Shown here one piece after another: positions 51,936 through 64,000 of a stretch of 64,000 nucleotides of DNA. The DNA lies in the NCBI RefSeq assembly GCF_006345805.1, contig NC_043013.1, forward strand, positions 54,498,001 to 54,562,000, in the 5' to 3' direction. Under the pieces are notes generated by a model that did not search any database, was not told the origin of the DNA, and saw only the letters and a program-made list of their open reading frames with translations. Source of the DNA: Octopus sinensis (taxonomy: Eukaryota). Position 1 is the first letter of the stretch, and each line of letters starts with the position of its first letter. The position numbers were made by a program, and so were the translations under genes.

Positions 51936-51949
51936 TAGTAATAATAGGA

Positions 51950-52065
51950 AAGGCATCCAGCCGTAGAAACCATGCCAAATCAGACTGGGACCTAGTGCAC
52001 CACCTTGGCTTACCATTTCCAGTCGAAGTGTCTAATCCATGCCAGCATGGAGAGCAGATGTTAAA

Positions 52066-52068
<3 letters not shown>
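51950..52068 (+). mobile_element. RTE 3'-UTR-type repeat (short)
   Basis: AGGAAAGGCATCCAGCCGTAGAAA..CATGCCAGCATGGAGAGCAGATGTTAAA. Confidence 0.75.
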
Positions 52069-52104
<36 letters not shown>

Positions 52105-52282
52105 GTAATAATAATAATAATGATAATAATAATAATAATCTTTTCTTCTATAAGTACATGGCCTGAAATTTAATGGGAGGGGAATAGTCAATTACATTGA
52201 CCCCAGTGGGCAGCTGGAACTTATTTTTATTGACCCCGAAAAGATGAAAGGCAAAATCAACCATGTTGAGATTTGAACTCAG

Positions 52283-52415
52283 TTTCCCTTTCCCAAAGGC
52301 TTTTGGATAGCCGGGGCTACAGTAAAAGACATTTGCCCAAGGTGCTCTGATGTAGGACCGAACCTGAAGCCATGTGGTTGGGAACCAAACTTCTTTACTA
52401 CACAGCTGCACTTGT
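52283..52415 (-). mobile_element. SINE family B head
   Basis: GACCGAACCTGAAGCCATGTGGTTGGGAACCAAACTTCTTTACTACACAGC on the plus strand is the head reverse-complemented. Confidence 0.7.
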
Positions 52416-52439
52416 GCCCGTTCCCAAAATGATGGCAAC

Positions 52440-52568
52440 AATGCTGTGGCAGTGGTGGTAGTGGTGTTGGTGGCAGTAGCAGTAAGTAGTAGTAGTAGTT
52501 GTAGCAGCAGCAGCAGCAGTGGTAGTAGTGGTAGTAATAGCAGCAGCAGCAGTAGTAGTAGTGGCAGT

Positions 52569-52631
<63 letters not shown>

Positions 52632-52652
52632 TCGTAGTAGTAGTAGTAGTAA

Positions 52653-52684
<32 letters not shown>

Positions 52685-52685
52685 T
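52440..52685. repeat. Compound (AGT/AGC/GGT)n microsatellite
   Basis: Direct inspection. Similar tracts lie at 4210-4380, 11340-11420, 44750-44830 and 47150-47350. Confidence 0.93.
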
Positions 52686-54151
52686 TAAATTTTTATTTTA
52701 TTTATGAAAAGATGCCAATCTGCTGTATTGACATTGCAGTGATGTTTCAGTATGTCTCTTGGTCTTGTGGCTTTCTGTCTTTCCCTTTGCAGAGTTGTGT
52801 TAATGGGAAATTTAGAATACAAAATTACTTAGATATGTATAGAGAAAAATTGTGTTTCATTTCCTTTTCTATATTGATTTCTCCTCCCCCCTCTCTCTCT
52901 CTCTGTATACGACTGTACTTCCTTTGTGCTTCGTTGCTGAACATGCTAGTTTGTTTCTGTAAATATAGAGTTACTGCATTAGAAGAAAAGCAGAATGAAA
53001 CTGGATGCTCAGATATCGTAAAGTTTGCTATTCAACAAATAGGAATGGTATACAGATATAAAAGAGGGGGAGTCTACGTCTGTATATCTGAGAGAGAGAG
53101 AGAGCAATTTTGCTGCTACACATGCAAGTAGTAGTAGTAGTAGCAGTAGTAGTAGTAATAAACAAAAGCAAGAAAGAAATGATGAAACAGATATTTGAGA
53201 GTGACAGCTTTGATGCAGAAATTGTTAACAATATATTAAATAGATGCTGCAATTACATAAGATAACTCGTTATGATGATAACATAGATGATAGCAATTAA
53301 GTTAATAACTCTTTAGTACGTTTCCTCTTTCAAGAACCATGTCTAATGTACTCTAAAAGCTGACAAATTTCCTAATCTTTGATGTGAATTCTTCTATAAG
53401 AATGTATGCGGAGCCATTTCATATGTAATTGTATAAATTCTGACATCATAAAGGATTTGCATGCCCCATGTCAGTTTCAGTGAATGAAATAAAGAATTTT
53501 TGGAAATCGAATTTTTATTTTCCATTCTGGCTGAAGAGGAATATAATTCCAGTTGTTAATCACATTAATTATGAATCAATTAACACATTTGATCTTCTTC
53601 TTGTTCAAGTTTAGCTACAGATCAAATTTGACAGGGTAGATCTATAGGCTCGAAGGTGTTCCAACTATAGACGTGACATTTTTTGTAAGACTTTAAGGTA
53701 TGATTAAAGAAGATGTGACTGCTATTTCTAGCTGGCTAACTGGCTATGTAGAGGCTTCCTCGTTAGTTCACTGTTTGTGGATGAGAGGGAAATCTTTCCA
53801 CACTAACACTCATTGACAGATAATTTTTTATTTATATTAAAATTTGTTTCCAAGTTACAGAAAAATAAATAATAAATTTAAACACTATACTTAGGAAAAA
53901 ATATATCAGTATGATGAAACTTTTTCCGTTACCACTTCTGTTTTACCTATTTCACATTGCTGTATTTTCTAGCATACAAGCCAACATAGTGTGCAGTGTA
54001 AGCAGTCAAACATTGTTATCACCTCTCCAAATTCTCCTCGATTTCACTTGGAAATTTTGATCCTCTAAAGTCATCTTGGTGTGTAAGTCGACCAACATTT
54101 TTGGCTGTAAATTTTGATCTGAAAACCTTGACTTTTATGCCTGAAGATAGT

Positions 54152-54196
<45 letters not shown>

Positions 54197-54237
54197 TATT
54201 ATTATTATCATTATTATTATTATTATTATTTGTTATT

Positions 54238-54440
54238 AAGGTGGTGAGAAGGCAGAATCATTGAGATGTCAGACAAAATGCTTAATAGCATTTTGCCTGT
54301 CTTTACATTCTGAGTTCAAATCTCACCAAGGTCCACTTTGTTTTTCATCCTTTTGGGGTTGATGAAATAAGTACCAATCAAGTAATCTCCTTTGCCCCTC
54401 CCCTCAAAAAATGCTGCTCCTGTGTCAAAATCTGAAACCA
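54238..54440 (+). mobile_element. SINE family A
   Basis: AAGGTGGTGAGAAGGCAGAATCATT head after (ATT)n; core. Confidence 0.82.
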
Positions 54441-55449
54441 ATGCTTTTATTACTACAACTGTGATAACAGTTTCTGTGGAAACGCTCAGTTTTTGTTGTT
54501 AATCCTTGTACTGTTACTCCAGCCATCACTCTTGAGGCTAATAAAAGAGATCTTCATTATTATCATTATCAAATCTAATTAAACTAATCAGCCAAAATAT
54601 TTTAAAGTCATTAGAATTGATTCCAATAATATAAATCTAAAATTTAATTTTTTCTAGCCATGAATCCTTTAAATAGTTTATATTTAAATAATAATTCATT
54701 GTAGTTCATCAGTAACAGGTTTAATTTTTCTCATTAGAATTAGTGAAGCATAATTGGGACCAGCAATTATTGCTAATTATTCATTATACAATGAAAGATG
54801 AGTGATGAAACAAAGTTCTATTTTTGATATTGTGGTTTATTTGCAGATTCTGTGTCAAATATGTTTCCGTTCTTTTAGTTGCACCGTAATTCCATCACAG
54901 GTAGAATATTTGGTGAGAATCAAGAATGGAAAAGGAAGTTTCAGTTTTATTCCTGTCAGTATTTTTGGTGATTCACTTTGTTATGTTCCTCAAGAGAGCC
55001 ATCTCCAATAATATTCCTGGAGATCATTTGCGAAGCCTTGCATCATAGAGGAAGCCAATTTATGGATAGGATGACAATGAGCTTGTGTATATGCACCACT
55101 CTCTTTCTCTCTCTCTCTATCTCTCTATCTATCTATCTCTCTCTCTCTGTATATGTGTGTGTGCATGTATGTTGGAGTGTATTTGCATATGTATGCATGT
55201 GAGTGCATGTGTGTGTGTGTATGTATGAATGTGTGTGTGTGAGAGTAAATGCATGCATGTATATATGCATGTATATGTGTGTGCTGGTAACTCATGGGAT
55301 GTATCTGAGGAATAGTAACAAGAAATCCATGACTTCCTCCTCCTCCTCCTCCTCATCATCATCATCATCATCATCATCAACAAGTGACATAACTCACTAT
55401 TAGTTACCGTAGTGGTTTCAATGTAGCCAGTGACATTATTTTCCTTTAT

Positions 55450-56080
55450 TGGATTGGTCAGGTGGAAGGGGTCATGCCCATAGCCTTCCATGACCCTTTC
55501 AGACTGGTGAGACTGATATGGTTAATGATCCACTGGAACAGTTGTAAGTCAACAATTATAAGAAAGACATGCAATGGCGCTGGATTGGGGGGAGGGCTTT
55601 CCGATGGTCAGTATTGTGGAGAGGCAGGAAGGAAGAGAAGAGATTAAGGAGTTGGGATTAACTGAGTAGAGATGGTCATAAGCCCACCAGTTTCTAGCTG
55701 CAGAGATTAAAAAGACAGGAGCAAGAGACTTAAAACTATTGTCCAGACATTGGAGTGCATTTGGTGGTAAGCATTTTCAGGGTCCAAGACAAATGGTGGC
55801 ATTCCTGTGGATGTCATTAACCAATGTTTGTCTATAGCAGCAGTACCATTCCAGACATGGGAGCAGGACTTTATTATGAGCCCCCTCTTGGTTTTGTGGG
55901 AGTGTCAGTAGCTATGAGGGGAGGGTAAGTTTTTGCTATGCTCTGTAGGATTATTTTCCAGAAAGATTCACCAGAATAGCTTAATCCTAGTCTTTGCAGT
56001 GACCTTAAAGGCTTTAATTGAAGGTTGTCCATGTTTAGGGGAAGGAGATAATGTTTTCTCGTAATGTGCAGCATTTGTAG
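55450..56080 (-). mobile_element. Highly degenerate CR1/L2/Jockey-like LINE ORF2 3' region
   Basis: Minus-strand frames give KTKRGLIIKSCSHVWNGTAA (resembles RP..EY.S.VW.G) and NDIHRNATICLG (resembles DRIQR.A.RLIG), with many stops and frameshifts. Confidence 0.45.
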
Positions 56081-57208
56081 CTTTGTGTTATTAAAGCAGA
56101 CAAAACTGACATAATCCTATTGTAAAGAGATTTCCTTCAGACATATTCCATATCTGCAAAACTACACAACATAGACCATAAAAGAAAAGTTGATATGACA
56201 ATTCTAATAATTGGGAAGTGAAAAAAAAAGATGTGAGAGAAACTCTTTATGTGCCATAAACTTTGTTGAAGTTTGCAGTGTTTCGTAAGCATATAAAAAA
56301 AATTGGTAAGAATTTGGAAAGAGATAAAACAGTATCAGGAAATTACTCAATACTGAGAACATTGAAGAGGAAAATAAGATATAAAAGTCTGACAGAGTGT
56401 TTCAACTAAAACTTTTGTCCATATTTAAGCCTTCTAAAGTGGAAATAAGAGATATGTGACTGAAAAATTCTCTGTGAAATGTGGTTTTATAAACCAATCT
56501 ATGTTTTTGTTGAAGTGTGTCATGTCTATTATGAGACAGCATGACTCAGAAAATATCAATTCTAGTTGTTGGTGGATAATTAACATCATCACAGGAATGA
56601 CCGTGAAATTTAATTACACACAATTAAAAGATTAAAGAAAAGATATTTAAGGTTATGGTATCTTAATAAAAGTACTTTTTGATTGTAATTAAAACAATTT
56701 TTTTTATTTGTAAATTTTATTGGGTATTTATATTGATAAATCCATTACCAGATTTCTGACGAAATACACTCATTAATTTGGAGGCATTTAGTACACTAAT
56801 GAACTTCTCGGTCATTAAGCTAGTGTTTCAAACAAAAAGTACTTTCATAAACAGAAAAATGAAAGATTTGAATATAAATACAATACATTTTAACGGGTGT
56901 TTTTCTTTTTTTGTATCATCAAAACATAGAGCTGGTTTTCTGGTGGGTTAGCATCAAAACAATTAATCGGTGTTGCTTTTCTAATTAGTCATTATGGACA
57001 TATATTTACAAAAGTTAATTATTATTTTTGTTGGTTTGTTTTATTTTCAAGTCAGTGACAAAACTAATTGTAAACATTTGTATTTGTAAATGATTAATTA
57101 AAAGAACAGTTTGGAACTATACACACTTCAAGGAGTGAAACCTCGAATGATGATTGGGAAGTGAAATCCAATAAAAAAGGCAGAAGTCATCATCATCATC
57201 ATCATATA

Positions 57209-57358
57209 GGCGCAGGAGTGGCTGTGTGGTAAGTAGCTTGCTTACCAACCACACAGTTCGGGGTTCAGTCCCACTGTGTGGCACCTTGGGCAGGTGTCTT
57301 CTACTATAGCCTTGGGCCGACCAAAGCCTTGTGAGTGGATTTGGTAGATGGAAACTGT
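57209..57358 (+). mobile_element. tRNA-derived CORE-type SINE, family B (little-diverged, 5' half)
   Basis: GGCGCAGGAGTGGCTGTGTGGTAAG A-box-like head, GGGTTCAGTCCC B-box-like motif, GCACCTTGGGCAGGTGTCTT CORE-like segment and GTGAGTGGATTTGGTAGATGGAAACTG. Confidence 0.9.
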
Positions 57359-57667
57359 GTTTTTATTCCTCATCAGCAATAGATACTGAATCTGTCATTC
57401 ACAACCCACTGAGAACTGCCATTCTCATATGTAAACAGAAAATAATAAATTTGCTGGCAAATGCAAAGCTTTGTTAAGCTAGAATTTATCTGTTGACATA
57501 TACAGATATCGTTAAAGAATTCAAATTTTTTTCAAGTACTAATATATCTTTAGACATTTGTGTCATGTTCTTCTAGAAGTTTATTTACTCTTTTCTTGAA
57601 CAAAATGAGGTTTATTTCATTAAAATGTTCAGAAAATAGTTTGATGTTGTTGTTTAACCTAGGGGTC

Positions 57668-57883
57668 AGTCCTTTCTTACTCTTGGCACAAGGCCCGAAA
57701 TTTTTATGGAGGGGTCAGTTGATTAAATCAACCCCAGTATGCAACTGGTACTTAATTTATCGACCCTGAGAAGATTAAAGACAAAGTTGACCTCAGCAGA
57801 ATTTGAACTCAGAACATAAAGACAGACGAAATACCATTAAGAATTTCAGCTGGCATGCTAACATTTCTGCCAGCTCGCTACCT
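57668..57883 (-). mobile_element. SINE family A
   Basis: Full-length match on the minus strand. Confidence 0.88.
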
Positions 57884-59074
57884 AGCCTGGGTGGGGGTGG
57901 GTCAGTCCTGCTAATCTATGATAATATCGTTCAAGCCATGATCATTATATATTCTCTCAGACACTCTCTGCTCCATTAAACTGCATATCTCTTGTTACAG
58001 TGTGATATGAGAGAAATTTAGCTGCTATATCTAGCAGGTGTTCCAGCTGTGATGTAGAGGGTGCTTCATTGGTTCATGTTTATTAATGTCATGTTTATTA
58101 AGTTAATATACTCTTCGTGACATCCTTGAATAAAGCATAAAATAAGAGAAGGCACATGTTCTTTAGAGTTAGTATGGGCATTTGTATGTAGTGGTGGATC
58201 ATTATAAATCTTGTTCTGTTTACATAGTGCTTATCATATACACATCCGCATGCCAAATCTAGTTTACGTAGGCATATTTGAGAATGAGCACACAGAAGGA
58301 TAATTTAAGTTGCCTTCTGTCAAAGATAATGTAGAATATAGTGGAACAAGCAGAGACAGACAAACAGATTTATGAAATCCATTGAAATCCATTTTATGTG
58401 GAATATGGCAAGAGAAATTGTGGATACAAGCATTCATTCAGTCACATACCGAACTTTAGAATTGCCTTTATGTTATTATATTTAAAGAAAAATTAAAACA
58501 TTCAAACACAATATAAATATTAATTTTGCACATTTCAAAAACATTTCCGCTTTTGTTTTCTTTCTTAATCCCCCCACCCCATCCCACTTCAACCTCTTTA
58601 TTGAAATTTTCTACACGCAACGATAGAATTTGCTCTCTCTCTCTCTCGCTCTCGTTATATACTCTGCTGCAGCTATTACAATTGGAAGTCCGTTACATTC
58701 CTTAGCATTATCTAAAGATTAACTTCAAGAATTAAACAATAAAGCAATGATCATGAAAATCTATAAAGGATTTCCTCTTTCCTATCTGCAGGCAGTCAGT
58801 GAAAATTTGAGGTTTGCTATTTTCTTTGGAATCCTTTCACCCAACTCTATTAACCTATTATTGTATTCCTCTCAACTTTCCACACCCATTTTACTTTCAG
58901 CCAAATCACTATCTCAGACACTCTCCTATTATCCTTCATTTCACCCCCCTCTCTCTCTCTCTCCATCTCTCTTCCTCTCTCTTTCTCTATTCTTCTCTCT
59001 CTTTCCTCCTCTTTTCTTAAATTTTTTTCAACCTTCATACTTTCTATTACTCTATTTTATGTCTTCTTTACTTT

Positions 59075-59335
59075 CTTCTTCTTCTTCTTCTTCTATCTCT
59101 CTTTACTCTCTCTCTCCTTACTCTCCTCTCTCTTTCCTTACCCTTTCTCTCTTTCCTTACCCATCCTCTCTCCTTACCCTCCTCTCTCTCTCTCCTGACT
59201 CCATCCTCTCTCCTTACCCCATCCTCTCTCCTTACTCTCCTCTCTTTTTCCTTACCCTTTCTCTCTTTCCTTACCCTATCCTCTCTCCTTACCCTCCTCT
59301 CTCTCTCTCCTGACCCCATCCTCTCTCTCTCCTTT
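59075..59335. repeat. Polypyrimidine minisatellite with an about 110-bp higher-order duplication
   Basis: Almost only C/T with nine CCTTAC units; the block ..CCTTACTCTCC..CCTTACCCTTTCTCTCTTTCCTTACCC..CTCCTGAC.CCATCC occurs twice. Confidence 0.85.
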
Positions 59336-59759
59336 GTGCATCTTTCACTCAATATTTTTCATTCTTTTATCACTTTTTTTCCTTCCAGACTTTTTTGCAA
59401 AAGTAAAACAAAAGAGCAAAAAAAAAACTCAGAAAAATTCACTTTGACTTCTATGGGAAACATAGAGAACGAGTAGAGTTTGGTAGAAAAAGATTCGGAA
59501 GCATATGAGATGTTGGAAACTTTAGATCATATCTTATGAATTCCTCGCTTCTCATTGAACAGGTTTCAACATTTCCTTTTGCAAAAAAGAACAAAAAAAA
59601 CTCTTCTGTCTTTGACAAAGGAAAAGCATAATACAAAGGGGGAAGGGGTGGGTGGATCAAATAAAATAGCAGCAGCAGCACTACTACTACTACTACTACT
59701 TACACTGTACAGTATGGATATAAAATATTGGTTTCAGTAGTTAACTATAAAGTCTTAAC

Positions 59760-59950
59760 AAAAGTCCTGAGGCAGAAAGTACTTTCTGAAGAATTTGAAA
59801 TGACAAGGGAGAAAGGTTTTGGGATCAGTTGCACATTTGTCTTGATGTCCAACTATTTGCAGACCGATGGCATGTTGGCTTTTGAGGAATGAACCTAATG
59901 CTTTCACAACGACTGGTATCACTTCCCCCTTTTTGCTGCCAAACATCCCC
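59760..59950 (-). mobile_element. 3' fragment of a restriction-like-endonuclease (R4/Dong-type) non-LTR retrotransposon
   Basis: MFGSKKGEVIPVVVKALGSFLKS and, after a frameshift, ILQKVLS match the RLE C-terminal signature W....V.IIPVV.GALG...K.L...ILRKVL. Confidence 0.65.
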
Positions 59951-59994
59951 CACTTTCTTTTGATCTCAACTTTTAAATCAGCTTGTTGTTGTTG

Positions 59995-60120
59995 TTGTTT
60001 GACTTCACCTATATCCTTTCAGGGTTGATAAATTAAGTACCAGTTATGCACTGGGGTTGATGCAATCGACTATTCCCATCCCCCAAAATTTCAGGCTTTA
60101 TGCCCATAGTACAAAGGCTT
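59995..60120 (+). mobile_element. SINE family A, 3' half
   Basis: CCTTTCAGGGTTGATAAATTAAGTACCAGTTATGCACTGGGG..AAATTTCAGGC. Confidence 0.75.
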
Positions 60121-60184
60121 ATTGTTATTATCATCATCATCATCATCATCATTATGATTGTTGTTCTTGTTGTTGTTGTTTCTT

Positions 60185-60450
60185 GTCTACTTGTTGCTTT
60201 ATATCCTTATAGGGTCACATCCGAACTATAGACCAGAGGCATCTACAAAGATGTCAATTGAATGACTGCACTCTTCACCCTCTGCAAGCTGCTCCAAGTT
60301 GTAGTCTTCTGGACTATATGAATATTGATCTTACACCTTATATGGTAGTTGAAATTTCCAGTTGTTTCTTCATTAGATTTAGTGCTCCAATAGTTGATGG
60401 TATCATGTTGATTTCAATCCCTAGGACTTTGTATTTCGTGTCAGCTTGAA
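60185..60450 (-). mobile_element. Second R4/Dong-type RLE 3' fragment
   Basis: KYKVLGIEINMIPSTIGALNLMKKQLE resembles KY.DL.IEI...IP..IGALG...K.L; then IVQKTT; ends in a (CAA)n tail on the minus strand. Confidence 0.6.
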
Positions 60451-60451
60451 G

Positions 60452-60648
60452 AATCTTTTGCCAGACGAAATGCAAAGAGGCACTTTGTCTGGCTTTACAT
60501 TCAGAGTTCATATTCCACTGAGGTCGACTTTGCTTTCCATCCTCTCAGGGTTGACAAAATTAGTACCAAAATGGAACACGAGGGTCAATGTGAACAGCTA
60601 GAGCCCTTCCCCTAAAATTTCAGGCCTTGTGCCTATAGTAGAAAGGAT
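60452..60648 (+). mobile_element. SINE family A
   Basis: GAGTTCATATTCC..GGTCGACTTTGC..CAGGCCTTGTGCCTATAGTAGAAAGG plus (ATT)n. Confidence 0.8.
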
Positions 60649-62235
60649 TATTATTATTATTATTATCAAGTTAGTTGTCAAGCTAGTACATGCTAATTTA
60701 ATTAGCAGGACTTGGGGTTTGGTGACCACTATTCCAGTATTAGGTACCACATTCTATCCTTAAGCAAGATACTTCATTTCTCATTGCTTCAGTCTACTCA
60801 ACTGATAAAAACAAAATAATACCAGCTGAGAGGTGATGCAGCTGTTTCGCACAGACACTCACACGCAAAGTATCTAAAATGAAATTCACATTCTTGGCCG
60901 TTTTGCTCCTTTGTGGAGCATAAAGCCTGAAATCATTCACACACACACACATGCGCATGTCATCATCATCAATGTAGCGTGTAGTTTACAAAATAATCAG
61001 TGGACTTCTTTATTAATGAAAGGGGGAGGTAACTTTTGATGAATAATTCAGAGATAAAATGTGATGGCAAAATTTTCAAATGATTGAAAATGATTGCAAA
61101 AAAAAAAATATAAATAAAACTGAAAATATAAAAAGTGGAAAAGATAAAAGCTGACTAAAGATAAGTGGTTGTTAATAAATGATTATAAAAATAAAAATAA
61201 AAAATGGACATTAAGAATGGAGCGGTAAGTTAAATATAAGAATAAAATGTCTTACTATTGGAATTTAATATGTGAAGTCATGAGAAAGCCAACGTTTTTG
61301 AGAAGAAATAAAAAAATTTTTGATGTAATTAGGAAGGCAAATTGGTAAATGCAGGAGTCAATAAATAAGTATGGTGTGTAAGGAGACACTTTAATATATA
61401 ATTCAGCAATTTAATATTGAAAAAAAAATATATAGAAGTTGACATAAAATGCCTTGGTAGTTTTTAAGCTTGGAATAATGCAATGGTTTCTCAGTTCTCC
61501 AATTATCAAGTTAATGTGAACAACAGATGTAAGTATATACATAAATTTCAATTAATTGACATCAAGTTTTGTAAGTGTCAAGTTTTTCACAGCAATTAAA
61601 TATTTGTGACTTCTCTCAGTTTTAATCTCTGCTTATTTCCAATCGTTTAGTTTTAACTACTGCTTATTGTTAGTCATCTTCAGTCTAATCTATCTTTATT
61701 CATTTGTTTTTATTCATCTTTATATTTTCCATTCACCAATTTGCTTATTCAACACGAGTTATTTCACCCCACTCAGGAATAACATGCTCTCCTATCACTG
61801 TGCACTTGCTGTCTTGGAGTGTTCACCTTAACACACACATTTCACCATTTCCTCTCAATAATAAACTCTTTCCAGCCATTCTTTCATTCATCATTACAAT
61901 ATACTTCCAATTACAACCTAGACAAGCTCTATACAGGAGGGAAACAAACTGTATATTTGTCACATTCAATTTCTACTGGAAATTCTTATTTAGTCTGCTA
62001 ACAAAAAAAAATAGCATTCAGTTATTTTTTTAGGTTGTGGCTTTCATTATTCCTAAAGAACAAAGAAATTATACATACATAAATACAAACATACATACGT
62101 GTGTGTATATATAGAAAGAGAAAGAGGAAGGAAGGGAGGGATTGATAGATAGATGATTGTATACATGTGTGTGTGTATGTGTGTGTGTGTGTGAGTAGTG
62201 TTAGATCTCATGAGATTAATCTGATGTCGTCTTAC

Positions 62236-62304
62236 AAAGAACCAGGGTTGGGAATTGTTCTCTTCAGGATTCTACAGAAGTCTTTTCTTGTGATTAATGT
62301 ATTT
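62236..62304 (-). CDS. Candidate 69-nt symmetric exon
   Basis: Acceptor tttttttttaactcctAG; donor TTT/GTAAGA; phase 2 to 2; NTLITRKDFCRILKRTIPNPGS. Confidence 0.22.
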
Positions 62305-63530
62305 CTAGGAGTTAAAAAAAAAAGCTGATAAAGAATATGTTTACTAACGAATGATTTATGTCTGTCTACCAATCTGTGTTTACATATAACTGCTGTATGT
62401 TTGACAGTGCGCATATGTGTATAAAGATATATAAATACCTATGTACATATTATATACCAGTACGTGTCTATATATATGTGTGTGTGTTTGTGCGTGTATG
62501 CACACACACACACACTAACACTAACATATATATACATGACAGAAGCAATGCACAATCTCTGGATAGATAATTATGTGGTTAACTTTGGGGTGGGTGTATA
62601 TACGTGTCTGTGTGTGTGTTTGTATGTATGTGTATTCAATAAAGCCACATCTTAGCTACTGTGTAAAGTAGATGCTGCAGTCAAACTGTATCTCTTCTTT
62701 TCTCTGTGACCAGAGAAACAAGATCAACCTGGCTACAGAGAGAGGATTAGTTCAGCACTATTTATGGAATACACTGGCATAGATACAACTAAATTAGCCT
62801 GCCCTAATTTGCATAAAGGGGTGGCAACATTTAATGCTCTTATTAATTAAATGTTTCCTGTGTTTGCATTATTGTTATGCAAATTAAGGCAGACCAATTT
62901 ATCTCAATCCTAGTTTGTTTAAACTAAAAATAACTCTGAGCTATTAGTTGTCTGCTCAGGAAAATACAAAACCACTACTGCTCTCTTCAACACAATCTCC
63001 CCTCTATTACTCCTCAATACCCTTTCTCTTGTACGTGCACACACACATTCTTTTATTTTATTCTCTTAGTGGCTTCAGTCACAGGACTATGGACATGCTA
63101 GAGCACCTCCTCATTTATTTTCATTCAGTTTTGTCCCTGCTTTATGACTGGAAGATGGTCTCAGATTGAATTTGTAGCACCTGATCATCCCTGAGTGACT
63201 CCTCAAATGGTTGGTTAACTCAGTATTGTTAATGTTGATGTTGCATGGCTTCATGATTTGAACCTTGCTCACATCATGACCAGTTGCTTTGCTTGATGAA
63301 CAGGTATGGGTTGTTCACAGGAAGGGTGTCTGGCCAAAAAATACTGCCTCAAATATGTCCCCATCTAACCCATGCTAACATAGAAAAACTGATGTTAAAC
63401 AAACTAGTAATCAAATATGTATGAGCATTTTTGTATGTCTATATATCTCACTCTCTCAATACATACATATATACATATATTATATGTGTATGTGCGTGTG
63501 TATGTGTGTGTGTGTGTATGTATGAATGTA

Positions 63531-63565
<35 letters not shown>

Positions 63566-63589
63566 TTAGATAGTGAGAGAGAGATGACG

Positions 63590-63727
63590 TTGATGAACTT
63601 CCATACAGTGTCTGTACAACAAATTTCCCTCACAAGGCATTGGTCACTTCACACCTACATACAGTGGTATTGAACCCAGAAACTTATGTCTGCAAAGCAA
63701 ATTTCTTCACTACACCATTATGCCTAG
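63590..63727 (-). mobile_element. SINE family B, 5' half
   Basis: CAGTGGTATTGAACCCAGAAAC..TTCTTCACTACACCATTATGCCT. Confidence 0.6.
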
Positions 63728-63734
63728 ATATTAT

Positions 63735-63942
63735 TTACTACTCCAAGCACAAGACCTGAAATTTTTGGTGGGAGTGGTCCAGTCAATTAGACTGACCGAA
63801 GTATGCAACTGGTACTTAATTTATCGACCCCAAAAGGAATGAAAGGCAAAGTTGCCGGAATTTGAACTCAGAACATAAATACAGATGAAATGCCGCTAAG
63901 CATTTTGCCCGGTTTGCTAACGCTTCAGCCAACTTGTCTCCT
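63735..63942 (-). mobile_element. SINE family A
   Basis: ACTGGTACTTAATTTATCGACCCCAAAAGG..TTTGAACTCAGAAC..GCTAAGCATTTTGCCCGG. Confidence 0.85.
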
Positions 63943-63975
63943 TAATTATTCTGTCCTTCTGCTGCATTCACTGCA

Positions 63976-64000
63976 TTAACCCTTTCATTACCAGCCTGGC
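63976..64000 (+). mobile_element. Start of a probable piggyBac-type MITE, cut by the window end
   Basis: TTAA-CCCTTTCATTACCAG terminus. Confidence 0.4.

Noticed and set aside
57209-57290. Possible tRNA gene
   Set aside because: It has A/B-box-like motifs, but no cloverleaf or terminator, and it continues into the SINE body.

Overview
Eukaryotic, AT-rich, repeat-dense genomic DNA. It is most likely from an octopus, because the SINE and LINE families match octopod repeats I recognise from memory; I could not search a database. There is no prokaryotic content, CRISPR array, rRNA or intact tRNA gene, and no protein-coding gene I can name. Nearly all ORFs in the supplied track are microsatellite translations or chance frames. 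The window is best read as intronic or intergenic sequence. It contains about 30 tRNA-derived SINE copies from at least 3 families, 5'-truncated LINE remnants (RTE, CR1/L2/Jockey-like, R4/Dong-like), and DNA transposon derivatives (an internally inverted mariner, hAT and piggyBac-type MITEs, and a foldback element). Many di- and trinucleotide microsatellites are also present. A few splice-bounded open frames could be real exons of a large gene: the best is minus-strand 32000-32078 (DWTQCPYCK...), and there is a phase-compatible plus-strand chain at 42.4-48.7 kb. None has recognisable homology. The most interesting items are the rearranged mariner, the (ATT)n-embedded SINE family next to R4/Dong-like ends, several fold-back structures that could form dsRNA, two RFX X-box motifs in CpG-bearing patches, and the candidate exons. 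I found no convincing new biological system. Repeat boundaries are approximate (about 10-20 bp) unless a TSD or TIR fixes them.
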